Below are positions 17,484-27,607 of a DNA stretch of 64,000 nt, in pieces. The first letter of the stretch is position 1, and every line of letters begins with the position of its first letter. A program made the translations under genes and the position numbers. This DNA is from a virus, in UHGV virus genome UHGV-2031204; one strand, written 5' to 3'. The notes beneath the pieces were generated by a model. It was not told where the DNA came from. It was given only the letters and a program-made list of their open reading frames with translations, and did not search any database.

Positions 17484-18125
17484 ATGAGCCGCATTAATTT
17501 AACTGATTTTGTTGATGGTGTTGTGTCTACGGATAAAGGTGTTGTTACGATGGTGGCACCGAATAGTAAAGTTGTTACTTTAAATCCGGTAGAACTGATT
17601 TCTATTTCTACCTGGTTGCGCTTACTTTCTGGTAAGAAACCTAAAGACCAAGCGAAGGGTGGCCTATTAGTTGGTACACGTGAGTTTGTTTTCAAAGACA
17701 TAACCCAAGATAAACTGGACAGCATTGCTAAAGAACTGAACGGCAAGCATAAAACTCGCGACATCGGGTGTGCCGAATATGACGGAGTAACGTACCATGC
17801 GTTTCTTGATAGTCACGTAGCATTGCGTGAAAAAGAAAATGGGATGTACGATTCAGTTTGTTTCTTTCACTTAATCGCACCAACAGAAAACGAAGCTGTG
17901 TATGAAACCGTTGAAAAATCGGCGGAAGCTGTTATGGAAACGGTGTCAGAACTTATAGAAGGGATGAAAAGAATCCCACGTGTGTTGAAAGTTACTGATG
18001 GGGCTTTCGATTGTTTTAAATTATTACCCCTAATAGCTAGTAAAGAATACGAAGATGAGAACACCTTCGGACTATTCGAAATTAGTCTTTCGGAAGCAGT
18101 TGTTACTTTCTTTGAAGATTTATGA
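17484..18125 (+). CDS. hypothetical protein (first gene after conserved promoter motif)
   Basis: ATG 17484 with AGGAGA RBS, downstream of motif at 17410-17448. Confidence 0.55.
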   Translation: MSRINLTDFVDGVVSTDKGVVTMVAPNSKVVTLNPVELISISTWLRLLSGKKPKDQAKGGLLVGTREFVFKDITQDKLDSIAKELNGKHKTRDIGCAEYDGVTYHAFLDSHVALREKENGMYDSVCFFHLIAPTENEAVYETVEKSAEAVMETVSELIEGMKRIPRVLKVTDGAFDCFKLLPLIASKEYEDENTFGLFEISLSEAVVTFFEDL

Positions 18126-18130
18126 GATAA

Positions 18131-18159
18131 AAAACCCTCTACGGAGGGTTTTATTTTTT
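18131..18159 (+). terminator. rho-independent terminator
   Basis: AAAACCCTC-TACG-GAGGGTTTT then TATTTTTT. Confidence 0.65.
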
Positions 18160-18179
18160 CGACCTTTAGGAGAATAGAA

Positions 18180-18731
18180 ATGAATAAATTTAATATCTTA
18201 GACGCTGAAGTCGTATCTGAAACCAGTTTACAGCAGGAAATCTTTCGTATTCAGTTTGGCGATAAAACCATTATCGTCCCACGTCCGGTAATGATTGGAC
18301 TGGCTATTTTTATTAACTGTGCGCATTGTAATGGTTCTCAACTCTCCACGCTCACTTACAACAATTACGAATTCTATATTCCAGAACACCTGGAATACGA
18401 TCGCTTCATTGCTTCACGTCCGTTCTACAAGTTTATGTTAGACGCAGGTTATTCTACGCTGACGAAAACGTACATTCGTGATTATTCGAAGCTGGAAACC
18501 TTTTACCGTCGTCGTGGTTATCGCGTTCCTGAGCCTATTGACGGTTTTCAAACCCGCGTTGTATTACTTAAACCGCTAGAAAAAGAACTGGCTTGTTATA
18601 AACTTGATATCGAGCAGAAGTTACTGCGTGAAGATTTGTTGAATTTATACAACCAGCTTTCAGTTGTACCGAAAAACACAGTAGAAAACATTCTACCTGA
18701 TTACGGAATTAGACAATACCAGGAAGGTTAA
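18180..18731 (+). CDS. hypothetical protein
   Basis: 183 aa ORF with AGGAGA RBS. Confidence 0.55.
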   Translation: MNKFNILDAEVVSETSLQQEIFRIQFGDKTIIVPRPVMIGLAIFINCAHCNGSQLSTLTYNNYEFYIPEHLEYDRFIASRPFYKFMLDAGYSTLTKTYIRDYSKLETFYRRRGYRVPEPIDGFQTRVVLLKPLEKELACYKLDIEQKLLREDLLNLYNQLSVVPKNTVENILPDYGIRQYQEG

Positions 18732-18733
18732 AA

Positions 18734-19039
18734 ATGAAACTCAAAGCCGATGCGATATGTGTTGTTAAGTTGCCGGAAAGTAATGTGGTGTACTGCGTAA
18801 AACGGCTAGACATTCGATTACTGATACCGAGACTTAATGAACCTGGTTGGAATGGGGATTTGATGATTCCTCTGATCAGACCACTCCCTACGAACGATGG
18901 CAATATAACGCATTTGCATATGGAAGCCAAAGGGCGGTACGTTACCGTTTACCATTTAGCCGATCAGTACAAAACGAGTCGGTATACCCGAAAAGATTTT
19001 ATACGCCATTTAAGAGGCTCACTGGAGATAAAGAAATGA
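18734..19039 (+). CDS. hypothetical protein
   Basis: 101 aa ORF; stop overlaps DHFR start (ATGA). Confidence 0.5.
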   Translation: MKLKADAICVVKLPESNVVYCVKRLDIRLLIPRLNEPGWNGDLMIPLIRPLPTNDGNITHLHMEAKGRYVTVYHLADQYKTSRYTRKDFIRHLRGSLEIKK

Positions 19040-19572
19040 CAATTACAGTTTCGATGATAGCTGCTGCTGGGTTGAATAACGAAATTGGGAAAGACAATAA
19101 ACTACCGTGGCGTATTCCTGATGACTTAAAGAATTTTAAGGCACTTACATCAGGTAAGGTTATCGTGATGGGAAGCAAGACATGGGAATCGTTAGGGTAT
19201 AAACCCCTGCCTAATCGTCACCATGTCGTGTTGACGAGAAGACCTGGCGGTGTGCCCGAAATCGATGGGGTGCTTAACCTTAAGGGTGAAATGGGGTCGA
19301 TTATTGAGTTCCTCAAAACTGAGGTTGAGAAAAAGGGTTATCCTAAAGAAATCTTTATTATCGGTGGTGCAGAAATTTACCATCAGGCGTTACCTTACGT
19401 GGATAAGATTTACTTGTCACGCGTAGAAGTTAAAGTCGATGGTGCAGATGCGTTCTTTCCTGAAATCGATCGTAACAAGTTTAGACTGGTTTATAACTTA
19501 ACGCACGCTTCCAAACCGGATAGTGATGTTCCACGTTGGCATTATCAAATTTGGAAAAGAGATGGGCACTGA
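19036..19572 (+). CDS. folA: dihydrofolate reductase
   Basis: N-terminus ITVSMIAAAGLNNEIGKDNKLPWRIPDDLKNFK...VIVMGSKTWESLG matches the DHFR fold signature of E. coli FolA; about 179 aa. Confidence 0.8.
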   Translation: MTITVSMIAAAGLNNEIGKDNKLPWRIPDDLKNFKALTSGKVIVMGSKTWESLGYKPLPNRHHVVLTRRPGGVPEIDGVLNLKGEMGSIIEFLKTEVEKKGYPKEIFIIGGAEIYHQALPYVDKIYLSRVEVKVDGADAFFPEIDRNKFRLVYNLTHASKPDSDVPRWHYQIWKRDGH

Positions 19573-19858
19573 GTTTGTAACCTTAGAAAAGCTCTTTTTA
19601 GGTAGAGTTGCGAAAGGGAAAATAGCGCGCTTCACCTGGTGTCCTTCCCCTGTAAAGCACGCGTTTATACGCCGTTTACATCAAGAGAAAAGCGTCAGGT
19701 TGGTCTTGATAGTGTTGTTCGAAAACGACCGTGGGCTGTTGATTAACAATCAGCGTTTTGCGGCAGAGATTTGGGCAACCACATCTGGGGGTGAGGAAGC
19801 GTCTGTTGGCTTCGCTAACGATGAGATTATCTTTGAAGGTATACCTTATCTGTTATAG
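19562..19858 (+). CDS. hypothetical small protein
   Basis: ATG overlaps DHFR end; followed by terminator; no motif. Confidence 0.4.
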   Translation: MGTEFVTLEKLFLGRVAKGKIARFTWCPSPVKHAFIRRLHQEKSVRLVLIVLFENDRGLLINNQRFAAEIWATTSGGEEASVGFANDEIIFEGIPYLL

Positions 19859-19872
19859 GTAGGTTAAACGTA

Positions 19873-19905
19873 AAAGGGGACTTCGGTTCCCTTTTATTTT
19901 TTTTT
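19873..19905 (+). terminator. rho-independent terminator
   Basis: GGGGAC-TTCG-GTTCCC (UUCG tetraloop) then T-run; same stem as 54328-54345. Confidence 0.7.
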
Positions 19906-19947
19906 CATTTCGCGCCTGTGATATGACTATAACGAAGGAACAAGCCA

Positions 19948-21456
19948 ATGCAACAGTATTTTGAAATTCCGTCGTTAGACGCGACCATTCGCAAACCAAT
20001 AATCGATGGCGTTATACAACGTGTACTTAATGAGTCCGGTATTGATACAGCAGCGGTTGTTTTCCTCGATGAATTCAATAGCGCCCATCAACCGGATTCT
20101 ACTCTAGGTGACGGTACTGAAGTAGAGTACAGTTCACCTGAAAAGGTTTACGTTGAAGTAGAAGAAGAACGTGATGAGTGGGCAAGAATCAACCGTCAGG
20201 TTGGTCAGCAGGCTGAACCGTACTTCTTTGAAAACTCCGTCGATCAGGTACGCGCCTGGCCCGTTAGAACGATGTATAACGTAACAGTAACGTTACGACG
20301 TACCAGTGCCTCACGTGATGAGTTATTGCGCTGGACGAACCGTTTAGACTCATTAGTGGACATGGGCCGTTATTCGACCATGACAGAGTCAGAAGCGTTC
20401 TATTATATCCCTAAACCCGCGTTAAAGTTGTTGAATGCCTGCTACGTTGCTGCAGGAACACGAGTACCAACGTTTGACGATTTTAAAGCCTATTTGAAAG
20501 CGTATTTTACGCCCGACGTATTTCGTGCAGCCAATGTTGCCGGGGGGCAGGAAACCATTGCGGTACGTTACGCACCTACGCGTTTAGAAACGGTATATGA
20601 CGTTCAAACACCGGCCTGGGATAAAGATGAAAACCACTGGGAGGCAACGTTCGTTATCCGTTTCTCTTATCAGCGCCCTGAAGAGATTGTGGTTTCGTAT
20701 CCGTATATCATCAATCAGACACCACTGCCTGATGAATATTGGCCGGAGATAGACCCACCGTGGGTATCTAACGAGGAGTTAGTTTACCGCCACCCACAAC
20801 AGAAGAATCTCGATTCAACCTGGTGGATTAACGAAACTCGTCAGTATATTCGTCTCCCGTATTTGTTATCTCCCACGGAACAGTTCCATCGTACGCACTC
20901 CCCGCTTAAAGATAAGCTCTTACCGATTTTCGGTACAGATGTTGTTTTTGAACCGGACAACATGTTATCGCCGAAGGTGATGTCTACGGAAGATTTACCT
21001 TACGAATGGAACGAAGCGTTGCTACCGTATATCGAACATTGTCGTGCGATTGACCCGACAGGACAGACGGGTGTTTTCCGTATCGAGTTGTTCGAAGAGG
21101 GACAGATTATCGAACCGCGTTTCTACCATTGGGAAGGAAATACGTTTTCGCTTAAAGGTCGTGACCTGAAAGTAAATAAGGGTTATTACTTAACCGAATC
21201 GGTCATGTTTGACTGGCGTGGAATGAACCTCTGGCCATTACAGTTATATCCACAGGCAGCGAAAGTATTAATTGAGTGGTTGTTCCCGAAATGGGACGTT
21301 CCTGATTGGTGGTGGGATAAGCCGGTGTTACCGCCGAGTGTTATCGATGACATTAATAAACTGATTCCGAACGTAGAAGCCCGTGTGTTATTGACGGTGC
21401 TGAACTCGACCATTATTACCATGCGAGGAACAGAGAATGCTCAAAGCGAAGCGTGA
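19948..21456 (+). CDS. hypothetical protein
   Basis: 502 aa ORF, GAAGGA RBS 8 nt upstream. Confidence 0.55.
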   Translation: MQQYFEIPSLDATIRKPIIDGVIQRVLNESGIDTAAVVFLDEFNSAHQPDSTLGDGTEVEYSSPEKVYVEVEEERDEWARINRQVGQQAEPYFFENSVDQVRAWPVRTMYNVTVTLRRTSASRDELLRWTNRLDSLVDMGRYSTMTESEAFYYIPKPALKLLNACYVAAGTRVPTFDDFKAYLKAYFTPDVFRAANVAGGQETIAVRYAPTRLETVYDVQTPAWDKDENHWEATFVIRFSYQRPEEIVVSYPYIINQTPLPDEYWPEIDPPWVSNEELVYRHPQQKNLDSTWWINETRQYIRLPYLLSPTEQFHRTHSPLKDKLLPIFGTDVVFEPDNMLSPKVMSTEDLPYEWNEALLPYIEHCRAIDPTGQTGVFRIELFEEGQIIEPRFYHWEGNTFSLKGRDLKVNKGYYLTESVMFDWRGMNLWPLQLYPQAAKVLIEWLFPKWDVPDWWWDKPVLPPSVIDDINKLIPNVEARVLLTVLNSTIITMRGTENAQSEA

Positions 21457-22807
21457 TAAACCGTCTTCTTTCGAACCGGTGGAACGCCCGATACCTGAGT
21501 TGAATAAACCGCAAGACGGTGTGAAGGAAACCACGAACGTGGTGACACAACCGACACGTACAACGGTGACGGATTTAGAACGTATACCGAAACAGTACCT
21601 GATGAAATACCTGGAAGGGTCTTCCTGGACAGTGGATTTCTTTAATTTCCTGAAAGGGCGTAACGACGCGAAGAAATTCTTCGATTCGAAGGTACTTACG
21701 CCTGACCAGCAAGTAGAGAAAATCATCGGGTTAGAATTGCGGGTTACCACACCGCTAGATCGTTCTCAGGATACAACGAACAAAACATTCACCATGTCCG
21801 GTGCCGCAACAATGGCGAACTCGGTGATTCCCAACGAAGGGTGTTTTTTCGTTGCCCCGATTGGAGACGGACGGTTCGCGTTGTTCAATGTCACGAACGT
21901 CGTACGGATGTCCAATAACAAAATTGCAACGTATAACATTGAATATACGCTGTTGTTTGAAGTTGATCCAGAAGTTGCAGAAACCATTCGCCGGTGTACG
22001 GTCCGTGAGTATTATTACGTTTCTGAACGTGCCTGGACGGGCGGTGATACGTTACTGACACCGAAAGAATACCGTGCGTTTTTGAAGGTTGTTGATGCGA
22101 TTGCCGACATTGAACAGACTTACGTAAAACGGTTTTACGATGGGGAAACGGCAACGTTGCTTTTCCCGCACGATCGGCACAGCGATGGGCTGCGTAGTCG
22201 CGCGTACTACGACGTGTTCTTAGCACAGTTCGTACGCTCTGTAGGCTTACGGACCGTCGGCAAAGATATTCAAATCTATCCGCACCCACCAACGCGTGTG
22301 GAAGATATTGAAACGGTCTGGACAGCGTTGTTAAATCAATCGCCAACGTTCTTAGCGGATTACAAACGCGATTCCAGTGTCTGGCAGGTAAAAACCTTCC
22401 GTACGATGCAGCATCGGAATTCTGTGACCTGGTCATTAATTTCGGATACCCGTTTCTTTACCGATGAATTAAAACCGGGCTATGGGATGGCGCAACGTTT
22501 CCCTGGACAGTGGCCGAAGTGGACGGAGTTTGAACCGGTTGAAGTGGAGAACTATCGGGGTAATGAAGGTGAATCTATCCCTGCATTTCTACCACTGACC
22601 TACGAACCGTATTTGTTAAGCCCAACGTTCTACGAGGGCTCGTACAGTTCGTTATTAGAATACGGTTTATATCTCTATCTGAATAAACGCCCACTGTCAA
22701 CGGTAATTGCATTACGGTTGTTTGAAGAAGTTTACCGTTTACCGAAGGATGCGCAATTCTATTATATTCCGATGGTGTATTTGTTGTTACGGTATGCGAG
22801 GGATTAA
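21437..22807 (+). CDS. hypothetical protein
   Basis: 456 aa ORF overlapping upstream gene by 20 nt. Confidence 0.55.
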   Translation: MLKAKRDKPSSFEPVERPIPELNKPQDGVKETTNVVTQPTRTTVTDLERIPKQYLMKYLEGSSWTVDFFNFLKGRNDAKKFFDSKVLTPDQQVEKIIGLELRVTTPLDRSQDTTNKTFTMSGAATMANSVIPNEGCFFVAPIGDGRFALFNVTNVVRMSNNKIATYNIEYTLLFEVDPEVAETIRRCTVREYYYVSERAWTGGDTLLTPKEYRAFLKVVDAIADIEQTYVKRFYDGETATLLFPHDRHSDGLRSRAYYDVFLAQFVRSVGLRTVGKDIQIYPHPPTRVEDIETVWTALLNQSPTFLADYKRDSSVWQVKTFRTMQHRNSVTWSLISDTRFFTDELKPGYGMAQRFPGQWPKWTEFEPVEVENYRGNEGESIPAFLPLTYEPYLLSPTFYEGSYSSLLEYGLYLYLNKRPLSTVIALRLFEEVYRLPKDAQFYYIPMVYLLLRYARD

Positions 22808-22808
22808 C

Positions 22809-23348
22809 GTGGCTGAAAAACGTAGCGCAGCATTTATGCTGTTTCACAAGTGGGTGGGATGGCGTGTTCCTGAATGGACGACGATTTCAACGTACATGTC
22901 CCAGGAACATGGGCTGTTCTTACCGGAAGACGAGAAAAAAGCACGCGCGATACTACTCAATAAAAAGACTGTATACATGCGACCTTTCGAAGTTGCGGTT
23001 TATGCAGAATCGGGCGCGGCGTTAGACGTCCACGACCCACATGACGGGATCATTGTGTACGGGTATATCATGGAACACTTAGCTGATTGGCTAAATTACA
23101 TGCAGACCCCACACCTGACAACACGTAAAGTCCCTATGGAGGGCTTGCGTCAGTTTAATGCGTTAGCGCGTAAACTGTTCCCGGTAGCGAACCGTTACGG
23201 TTACTTTAAGAAACCCGAAGTAACAATGGCGGTTTCCGTACAAGCGTTATTTGGCGAAGTTCGATTGGAAACAGAACGGCATCAGTTCAACGATACGATT
23301 ATGCACCGTATTGAACAGATATACCGTAGACGTGGAGGAATTCTGTAA
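22809..23348 (+). CDS. hypothetical protein
   Basis: GTG 22809 with GAGGGA RBS preferred; longest ORF from 22707 overlaps upstream gene by 100 nt. Confidence 0.45.
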   Translation: MAEKRSAAFMLFHKWVGWRVPEWTTISTYMSQEHGLFLPEDEKKARAILLNKKTVYMRPFEVAVYAESGAALDVHDPHDGIIVYGYIMEHLADWLNYMQTPHLTTRKVPMEGLRQFNALARKLFPVANRYGYFKKPEVTMAVSVQALFGEVRLETERHQFNDTIMHRIEQIYRRRGGIL

Positions 23349-24667
23349 TGTCGTTTGGTCGGTTACAGAACATAGCAAACGTGCACATTGCACAGGCGGC
23401 GGGATTACCGGCCATCGACTACGTACCCCTTATCACGGTTCGTGGGGTGACGATTGACGTTTACAAAACCATGTCGATAATCCATGCCAGTAATTTCGCT
23501 CAGGATTTAACGACCATCACGCACCTCAGTGTGGTGATTCCACTGAGCCAGCAACGTATTCTTACGTCGTCGGCAGAAGGGGATTTATCAGTTAAAATCC
23601 TGATGCGGACAATGAACAAGAAAACCATTGCGCAACTGAACTACCGAGGAATTGTGGTTAACAACCACGATCCTGATATGGAATCACCTACAATGTTTTT
23701 GGGTGAATCTGACCAAAAAGGGTTGGGTGTGGTAACGTTGGAACTGATGGACGAATCGATGTGGTTCCTTCGTTGTCGCCAGGTAGGCGGGATTTACCAC
23801 GAAACTGACGGGTTAAGTGTCGTTCGTGCATTACTTGCTGACACATTACCTACCGGGGATGCACCAGAAGGTCAGTTGGTTGGTGTTGAATACGAGGAAG
23901 AGGAACAACAACCTTATCGCGACATTTTGATTCCCGATTCGCAAAGTTTTCTTTCGGTTTTCGATTTCATTCAGAACCGCTACGGTGTGTATAGCCAAGG
24001 ATTAGGTGTCTTCTTGTATAAACACCGTTGGCATATCTTTCAACCGTGGGATTCTAAGAAATTCTCTACGGCAAAAAAGAAACTGGTGGTAATTAACCTT
24101 CCAAGAGAGAAAGTTGCCTATTTAGATAAAACGTGTCACATTGCAGGTGACGTCATTTATCTGATTTGTGGTGGCGATGTTCACACCTTCGAAGACAAAG
24201 ACGCTCTTGCGCTAAATCAGGGAACGGGTTACCGCGTGGGTTCAATCCGTGCCTTAGATGGACGTGCAAGTTCTTTCTCTCCAGGCGACGTTTCAGCAAC
24301 GACGTCAGATTCGTTTGTTTCGGCAGCAGACCCTACACAGTACCCCGGCGGTGTTGTTAATGCACCTATTGATCCAAACGAGCACTTCAGCGACACGGAT
24401 AAGCCTCGTCGTTCTAAGTTGGCTGCCGCCAGAGGGACACTGACCGCAACGACCTGGAACCGTTCAGCGTACGGTTTATTGCAGCCGGGTATGGCAGTAA
24501 AATATCTGTATGCGAATAATTACGGTGTATACACTCGTTATGGGACGTTGGTTGGTGAAGTTTTCCAAGCTGCCGTTGACGGTGGTTCGATGGCGTCCCC
24601 ACAATTTAATACCATTAGTCAATTGACGTTGTGGTTGACTAATGAAAAATTTACAACCGCTACGTAA
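23348..24667 (+). CDS. hypothetical protein
   Basis: 439 aa ORF; start overlaps upstream stop. Confidence 0.55.
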   Translation: MSFGRLQNIANVHIAQAAGLPAIDYVPLITVRGVTIDVYKTMSIIHASNFAQDLTTITHLSVVIPLSQQRILTSSAEGDLSVKILMRTMNKKTIAQLNYRGIVVNNHDPDMESPTMFLGESDQKGLGVVTLELMDESMWFLRCRQVGGIYHETDGLSVVRALLADTLPTGDAPEGQLVGVEYEEEEQQPYRDILIPDSQSFLSVFDFIQNRYGVYSQGLGVFLYKHRWHIFQPWDSKKFSTAKKKLVVINLPREKVAYLDKTCHIAGDVIYLICGGDVHTFEDKDALALNQGTGYRVGSIRALDGRASSFSPGDVSATTSDSFVSAADPTQYPGGVVNAPIDPNEHFSDTDKPRRSKLAAARGTLTATTWNRSAYGLLQPGMAVKYLYANNYGVYTRYGTLVGEVFQAAVDGGSMASPQFNTISQLTLWLTNEKFTTAT

Positions 24668-24699
24668 ATTATGTCGTCCGTAACCTAAAGGATTTGTTA

Positions 24700-25500
24700 A
24701 TGAGTAATCTACTTACTTTCAGAATGTCTGGTCAAACGTTAATCCAAATCGACAAGTTCGAAGAAGAGAATTTTTCGAAACCGTCGAAGTTGTTAGAACG
24801 TTGCCTTAATGTTATTCCTGGTGGCGAACAACGCCAGTTGGACTACATCATGGCGTCCAGTGCTGACAAAACGATTTCTGTTATCTATACCGTAGACGGT
24901 GTACAGAATTGTCGCTTATTACCAATCGAAGAAAAAGGGACGTTAGGTCATTTGTTGTTCCTGCACGCGATCACAACCGCCGTGGTGTCTGGTGCTTTAG
25001 AAGCGCAATACGGCTTTGCTTATTGTTACTTCTATGCTCAGAAATTAGCTGCAGCGGTTGTTCCAGGGCAACAAGAAACCTATCCTCAGTATATTGAACG
25101 TATTCTCCCTTCACACTTTAGTGAGTCGGAAGACTACGACTTCAATGCGTTTCGTTTTACCGTGGTGGGTGAAGCCCGCGATCCTGAATACACAACAGCG
25201 GTTCGTGCGGTGGTGCGCTATTCTGTTATTTCTACAGACAGCGGTACATCAAATAACTTTAATGAAGTGTATCCGGTCTTGCAGTTAGGTCCTTATGTGA
25301 CTTTCAACAGCTATGTGCCATTCAGTTGCCAGCTTGTGGGTCCGCAGGATAACGATTCTATTCTCCCTGTTGCGGAAGAAAAGTCATTGTTTATTCGCGA
25401 ATCTGTAGAAGCTATTAGCGATAAGCGCTTTATGATTTCTTCGAAGACGGGCATTAACGATCCTGAAATCGCTGTAATGGATAAGATGCAAGGTCTGTAA
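24700..25500 (+). CDS. hypothetical protein
   Basis: ATG 24700 with AAAGGA RBS; ends at terminator 25507-25545. Confidence 0.55.
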   Translation: MSNLLTFRMSGQTLIQIDKFEEENFSKPSKLLERCLNVIPGGEQRQLDYIMASSADKTISVIYTVDGVQNCRLLPIEEKGTLGHLLFLHAITTAVVSGALEAQYGFAYCYFYAQKLAAAVVPGQQETYPQYIERILPSHFSESEDYDFNAFRFTVVGEARDPEYTTAVRAVVRYSVISTDSGTSNNFNEVYPVLQLGPYVTFNSYVPFSCQLVGPQDNDSILPVAEEKSLFIRESVEAISDKRFMISSKTGINDPEIAVMDKMQGL

Positions 25501-25506
25501 AAACTT

Positions 25507-25545
25507 CCCGTTACCTCTATGGGTAACGGGAATACCTTTTATTTA
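25507..25545 (+). terminator. probable rho-independent terminator
   Basis: CCCGTTACC/GGTAACGGG stem, interrupted T-rich tail. Confidence 0.5.
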
Positions 25546-25665
25546 TTCCTAAACGACACGCAGAAGTCATTTAACCGTTAAGACGACTAATTACCCTTTA
25601 AAAAGAAAATTGCGTCAGAATGCGTTTTAGAGCGTTCTAGAGGGTATATGGATTCAAAAAGATTT

Positions 25666-25704
25666 CAGATATATATTACCTAGGTGAGAGTTTACGTAAT
25701 ACTC
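25666..25704 (+). promoter_or_regulatory. conserved promoter-like motif plus dyad (copy 2)
   Basis: 24/24 identical core CAGATATATATTACCTAGGTGAGA, then near-palindrome GAGTTTACGTAATACTC; upstream of small membrane protein gene. Confidence 0.5.
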
Positions 25705-25735
25705 ATTTATCGAATACCTAATTAGGAGTTATATC

Positions 25736-25879
25736 ATGATTTCTGTAAAACACAAAAAAGCTATCTTCGCTGTTGTTATCGCTGTTGTTCTGGGTTGCCT
25801 GTATCTGGACATCGACAAAGGCTACGACACTTGCATCGACAACGGTAATTCCGTTGCACAGTGCACTGGTCGTGGTTAA
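25736..25879 (+). CDS. small single-pass membrane protein (47 aa), strongly codon-optimised
   Basis: AGGAG RBS, ATG 25736; hydrophobic helix AIFAVVIAVVLGCLYL; sits between conserved promoter motif and terminator; shares LYLD..K.Y motif with 62281-62478. Confidence 0.5.
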   Translation: MISVKHKKAIFAVVIAVVLGCLYLDIDKGYDTCIDNGNSVAQCTGRG

Positions 25880-25884
25880 TGTAT

Positions 25885-25917
25885 AAGGCACCTTCGGGTG
25901 CCCTTAATTTTTTTATT
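25885..25917 (+). terminator. rho-independent terminator
   Basis: GGCACC-TTCG-GGTGCC then TTAATTTTTTTATT. Confidence 0.7.
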
Positions 25918-25933
25918 AATTGGAGCATAAAAG

Positions 25934-26749
25934 ATGATTACCATTAAAGATTATTTTCCGCGTGGACTGAGCAATGAAAACTTCGTTCCAACTGAAGACA
26001 TTGCCATCGTAACAGAGTCTAGTGATAAGTCTTTTAAACTCTACTTGAGTACGGCAGCAGGAAAATCCACTCTTATCCTTCGCGAACCTGAAGTGATAAG
26101 CATCTGCTCGTTTGGGGGTGGTGTAGAAGGAACGATTAATTGGTTGAAATCCAGAATGCATCGTTTGCTTATCGTGAACACCGATCCTGTGATTCGTTTA
26201 CAGCAATTGAAATCGTTGAATGAAGTTATCGTCGGATTATTGGAACATGAAACGTTCGGTAATGCAGCGATTGCGGAAGAGATTAAATCTGTAGAACTAA
26301 TCGAGTGGAGTGATATCGAATACGAACGTGCTGCGTTATTCGCAATGTACGGTGACGATAATCCTGTTGTGTTTGCACAAACATTAGATAACGTTACAGT
26401 AACAGCGCGCGTATTGTTTGGCTTACAGCGTGTTGAGTTTGAACTGAAACACGTTTATGTAAGTAATACTCCAGAGATGGTGGAAACGTTGACTCGTGCG
26501 TTCGCTTACCCGTTAGACGGAGAATGGGAACAGCAGATTAATGAAGCGTTAGGCGCGATGCTGTTCTTAGCAGGCACACTAAGGAAAGAAGAGAAATTAG
26601 AAGGTCGTGTTTATCCAGAATACGATTTTGTTTGTGAAGAATGTGGAGCACAGTATCAAATACGTGTTCCTTTAACCGGCCTGACAATCCCGAAAGCCAA
26701 CGTGCAATGTAAGGAATGTGGCCATGTTCAATACGTAGCGACTAAATAA
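25934..26749 (+). CDS. hypothetical protein with C-terminal zinc-ribbon (CxxC...CxxC)
   Basis: CEECG...CKECG pair at C-terminus; GGAG RBS. Confidence 0.55.
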   Translation: MITIKDYFPRGLSNENFVPTEDIAIVTESSDKSFKLYLSTAAGKSTLILREPEVISICSFGGGVEGTINWLKSRMHRLLIVNTDPVIRLQQLKSLNEVIVGLLEHETFGNAAIAEEIKSVELIEWSDIEYERAALFAMYGDDNPVVFAQTLDNVTVTARVLFGLQRVEFELKHVYVSNTPEMVETLTRAFAYPLDGEWEQQINEALGAMLFLAGTLRKEEKLEGRVYPEYDFVCEECGAQYQIRVPLTGLTIPKANVQCKECGHVQYVATK

Positions 26750-26755
26750 AAGCAA

Positions 26756-26798
26756 CCCCTAATCCCGAAAAGGATTAGGGGTACACTTTATTTATTTT
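26756..26798 (+). terminator. rho-independent terminator
   Basis: CCCCTAATCC/GGATTAGGGG stem then T-rich run. Confidence 0.65.
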
Positions 26799-26800
26799 CG

Positions 26801-26890
26801 CAAATTCAACAACTTGGATTAAATAAAAGGCTTAAAGCCACTAACAATCATCGAGTACAGATCTTCACCGAAAGGAGAAGTAACTACTAA
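26801..26890 (+). pseudogene. degenerate remnant of small-protein module (no start codon)
   Basis: Translates to ...QLGLNKRLKATNNHRVQIFTERRSNY, similar to C-terminus of 27047-27220 product, but no in-frame ATG/GTG. Confidence 0.3.
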
Positions 26891-27046
26891 ATAAAATAAA
26901 GGGGTGTGACAGCACCCCTTATCAAAGCTTTAACTTTTCGAAAAGAGAAGTTAAAGCAGGGTACGCTGTAGCACCAGCGTACCCTTTACAGCACCACCAC
27001 GTTTCCGTAGTGGATTTCTTTAATCACCCTACAAAGAGGGCTTACC

Positions 27047-27220
27047 ATGAACAATGGTTACTACTTTACTGACAAAATGCTTGCAGAACAGAGTGCAGCA
27101 AAGACCAATTTACAGCAACGTATCTACAAGTATAGTCAGCTCGGCATGGATAAACGGTTAAAACCGTCTACCAACCGTTTCACGCAGATATTCACCGAAA
27201 AGAGGAGTGAACACTACTAA
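27047..27220 (+). CDS. small protein (57 aa), member of tandem paralog module
   Basis: AGAGGG RBS; C-terminus ...TNRFTQIFTEKRSEHY parallels remnant at 26801-26890; below ORF-track size cutoff. Confidence 0.4.
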   Translation: MNNGYYFTDKMLAEQSAAKTNLQQRIYKYSQLGMDKRLKPSTNRFTQIFTEKRSEHY

Positions 27221-27445
27221 CAAATAAAGAGGAGGCGTGTCAGCGCCTCCCCTCCTCGTACAGTAACCTGCCGAGATGGTGGTCGTAGGTATAATAAAAA
27301 GGGGTGCACCACCACCCCTTTTCTTAGCTTTAACTTTTCCGAAGAGAAGTTAAAGCAGTAGAGACTGTTCCATCAGTCTCTACTGTACGGTGACAACGCA
27401 TAAAGTTGTTGACGTTTTTACAACATTACAAAAGGTAATGAAAAA

Positions 27446-27607
27446 TGAACGAATATCAAATACAGATGTTCAATACCGCGATGCGAAATCGTGAAAAACA
27501 AATTCAGTTTAACCAACGCATGGACGAATATGTTCGTCTCGGCCTCGTTGCGGCACCGAAAACGGTTAACAATCACAATGTTCACCAACCACCTGTAAGG
27601 AGATAAG
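27446..27607 (+). CDS. small protein (53 aa), diverged member of tandem paralog module
   Basis: AAAGG RBS; shares (Q/R)LG(L/M)...TxNNH block with neighbours; followed by hairpin. Confidence 0.35.
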
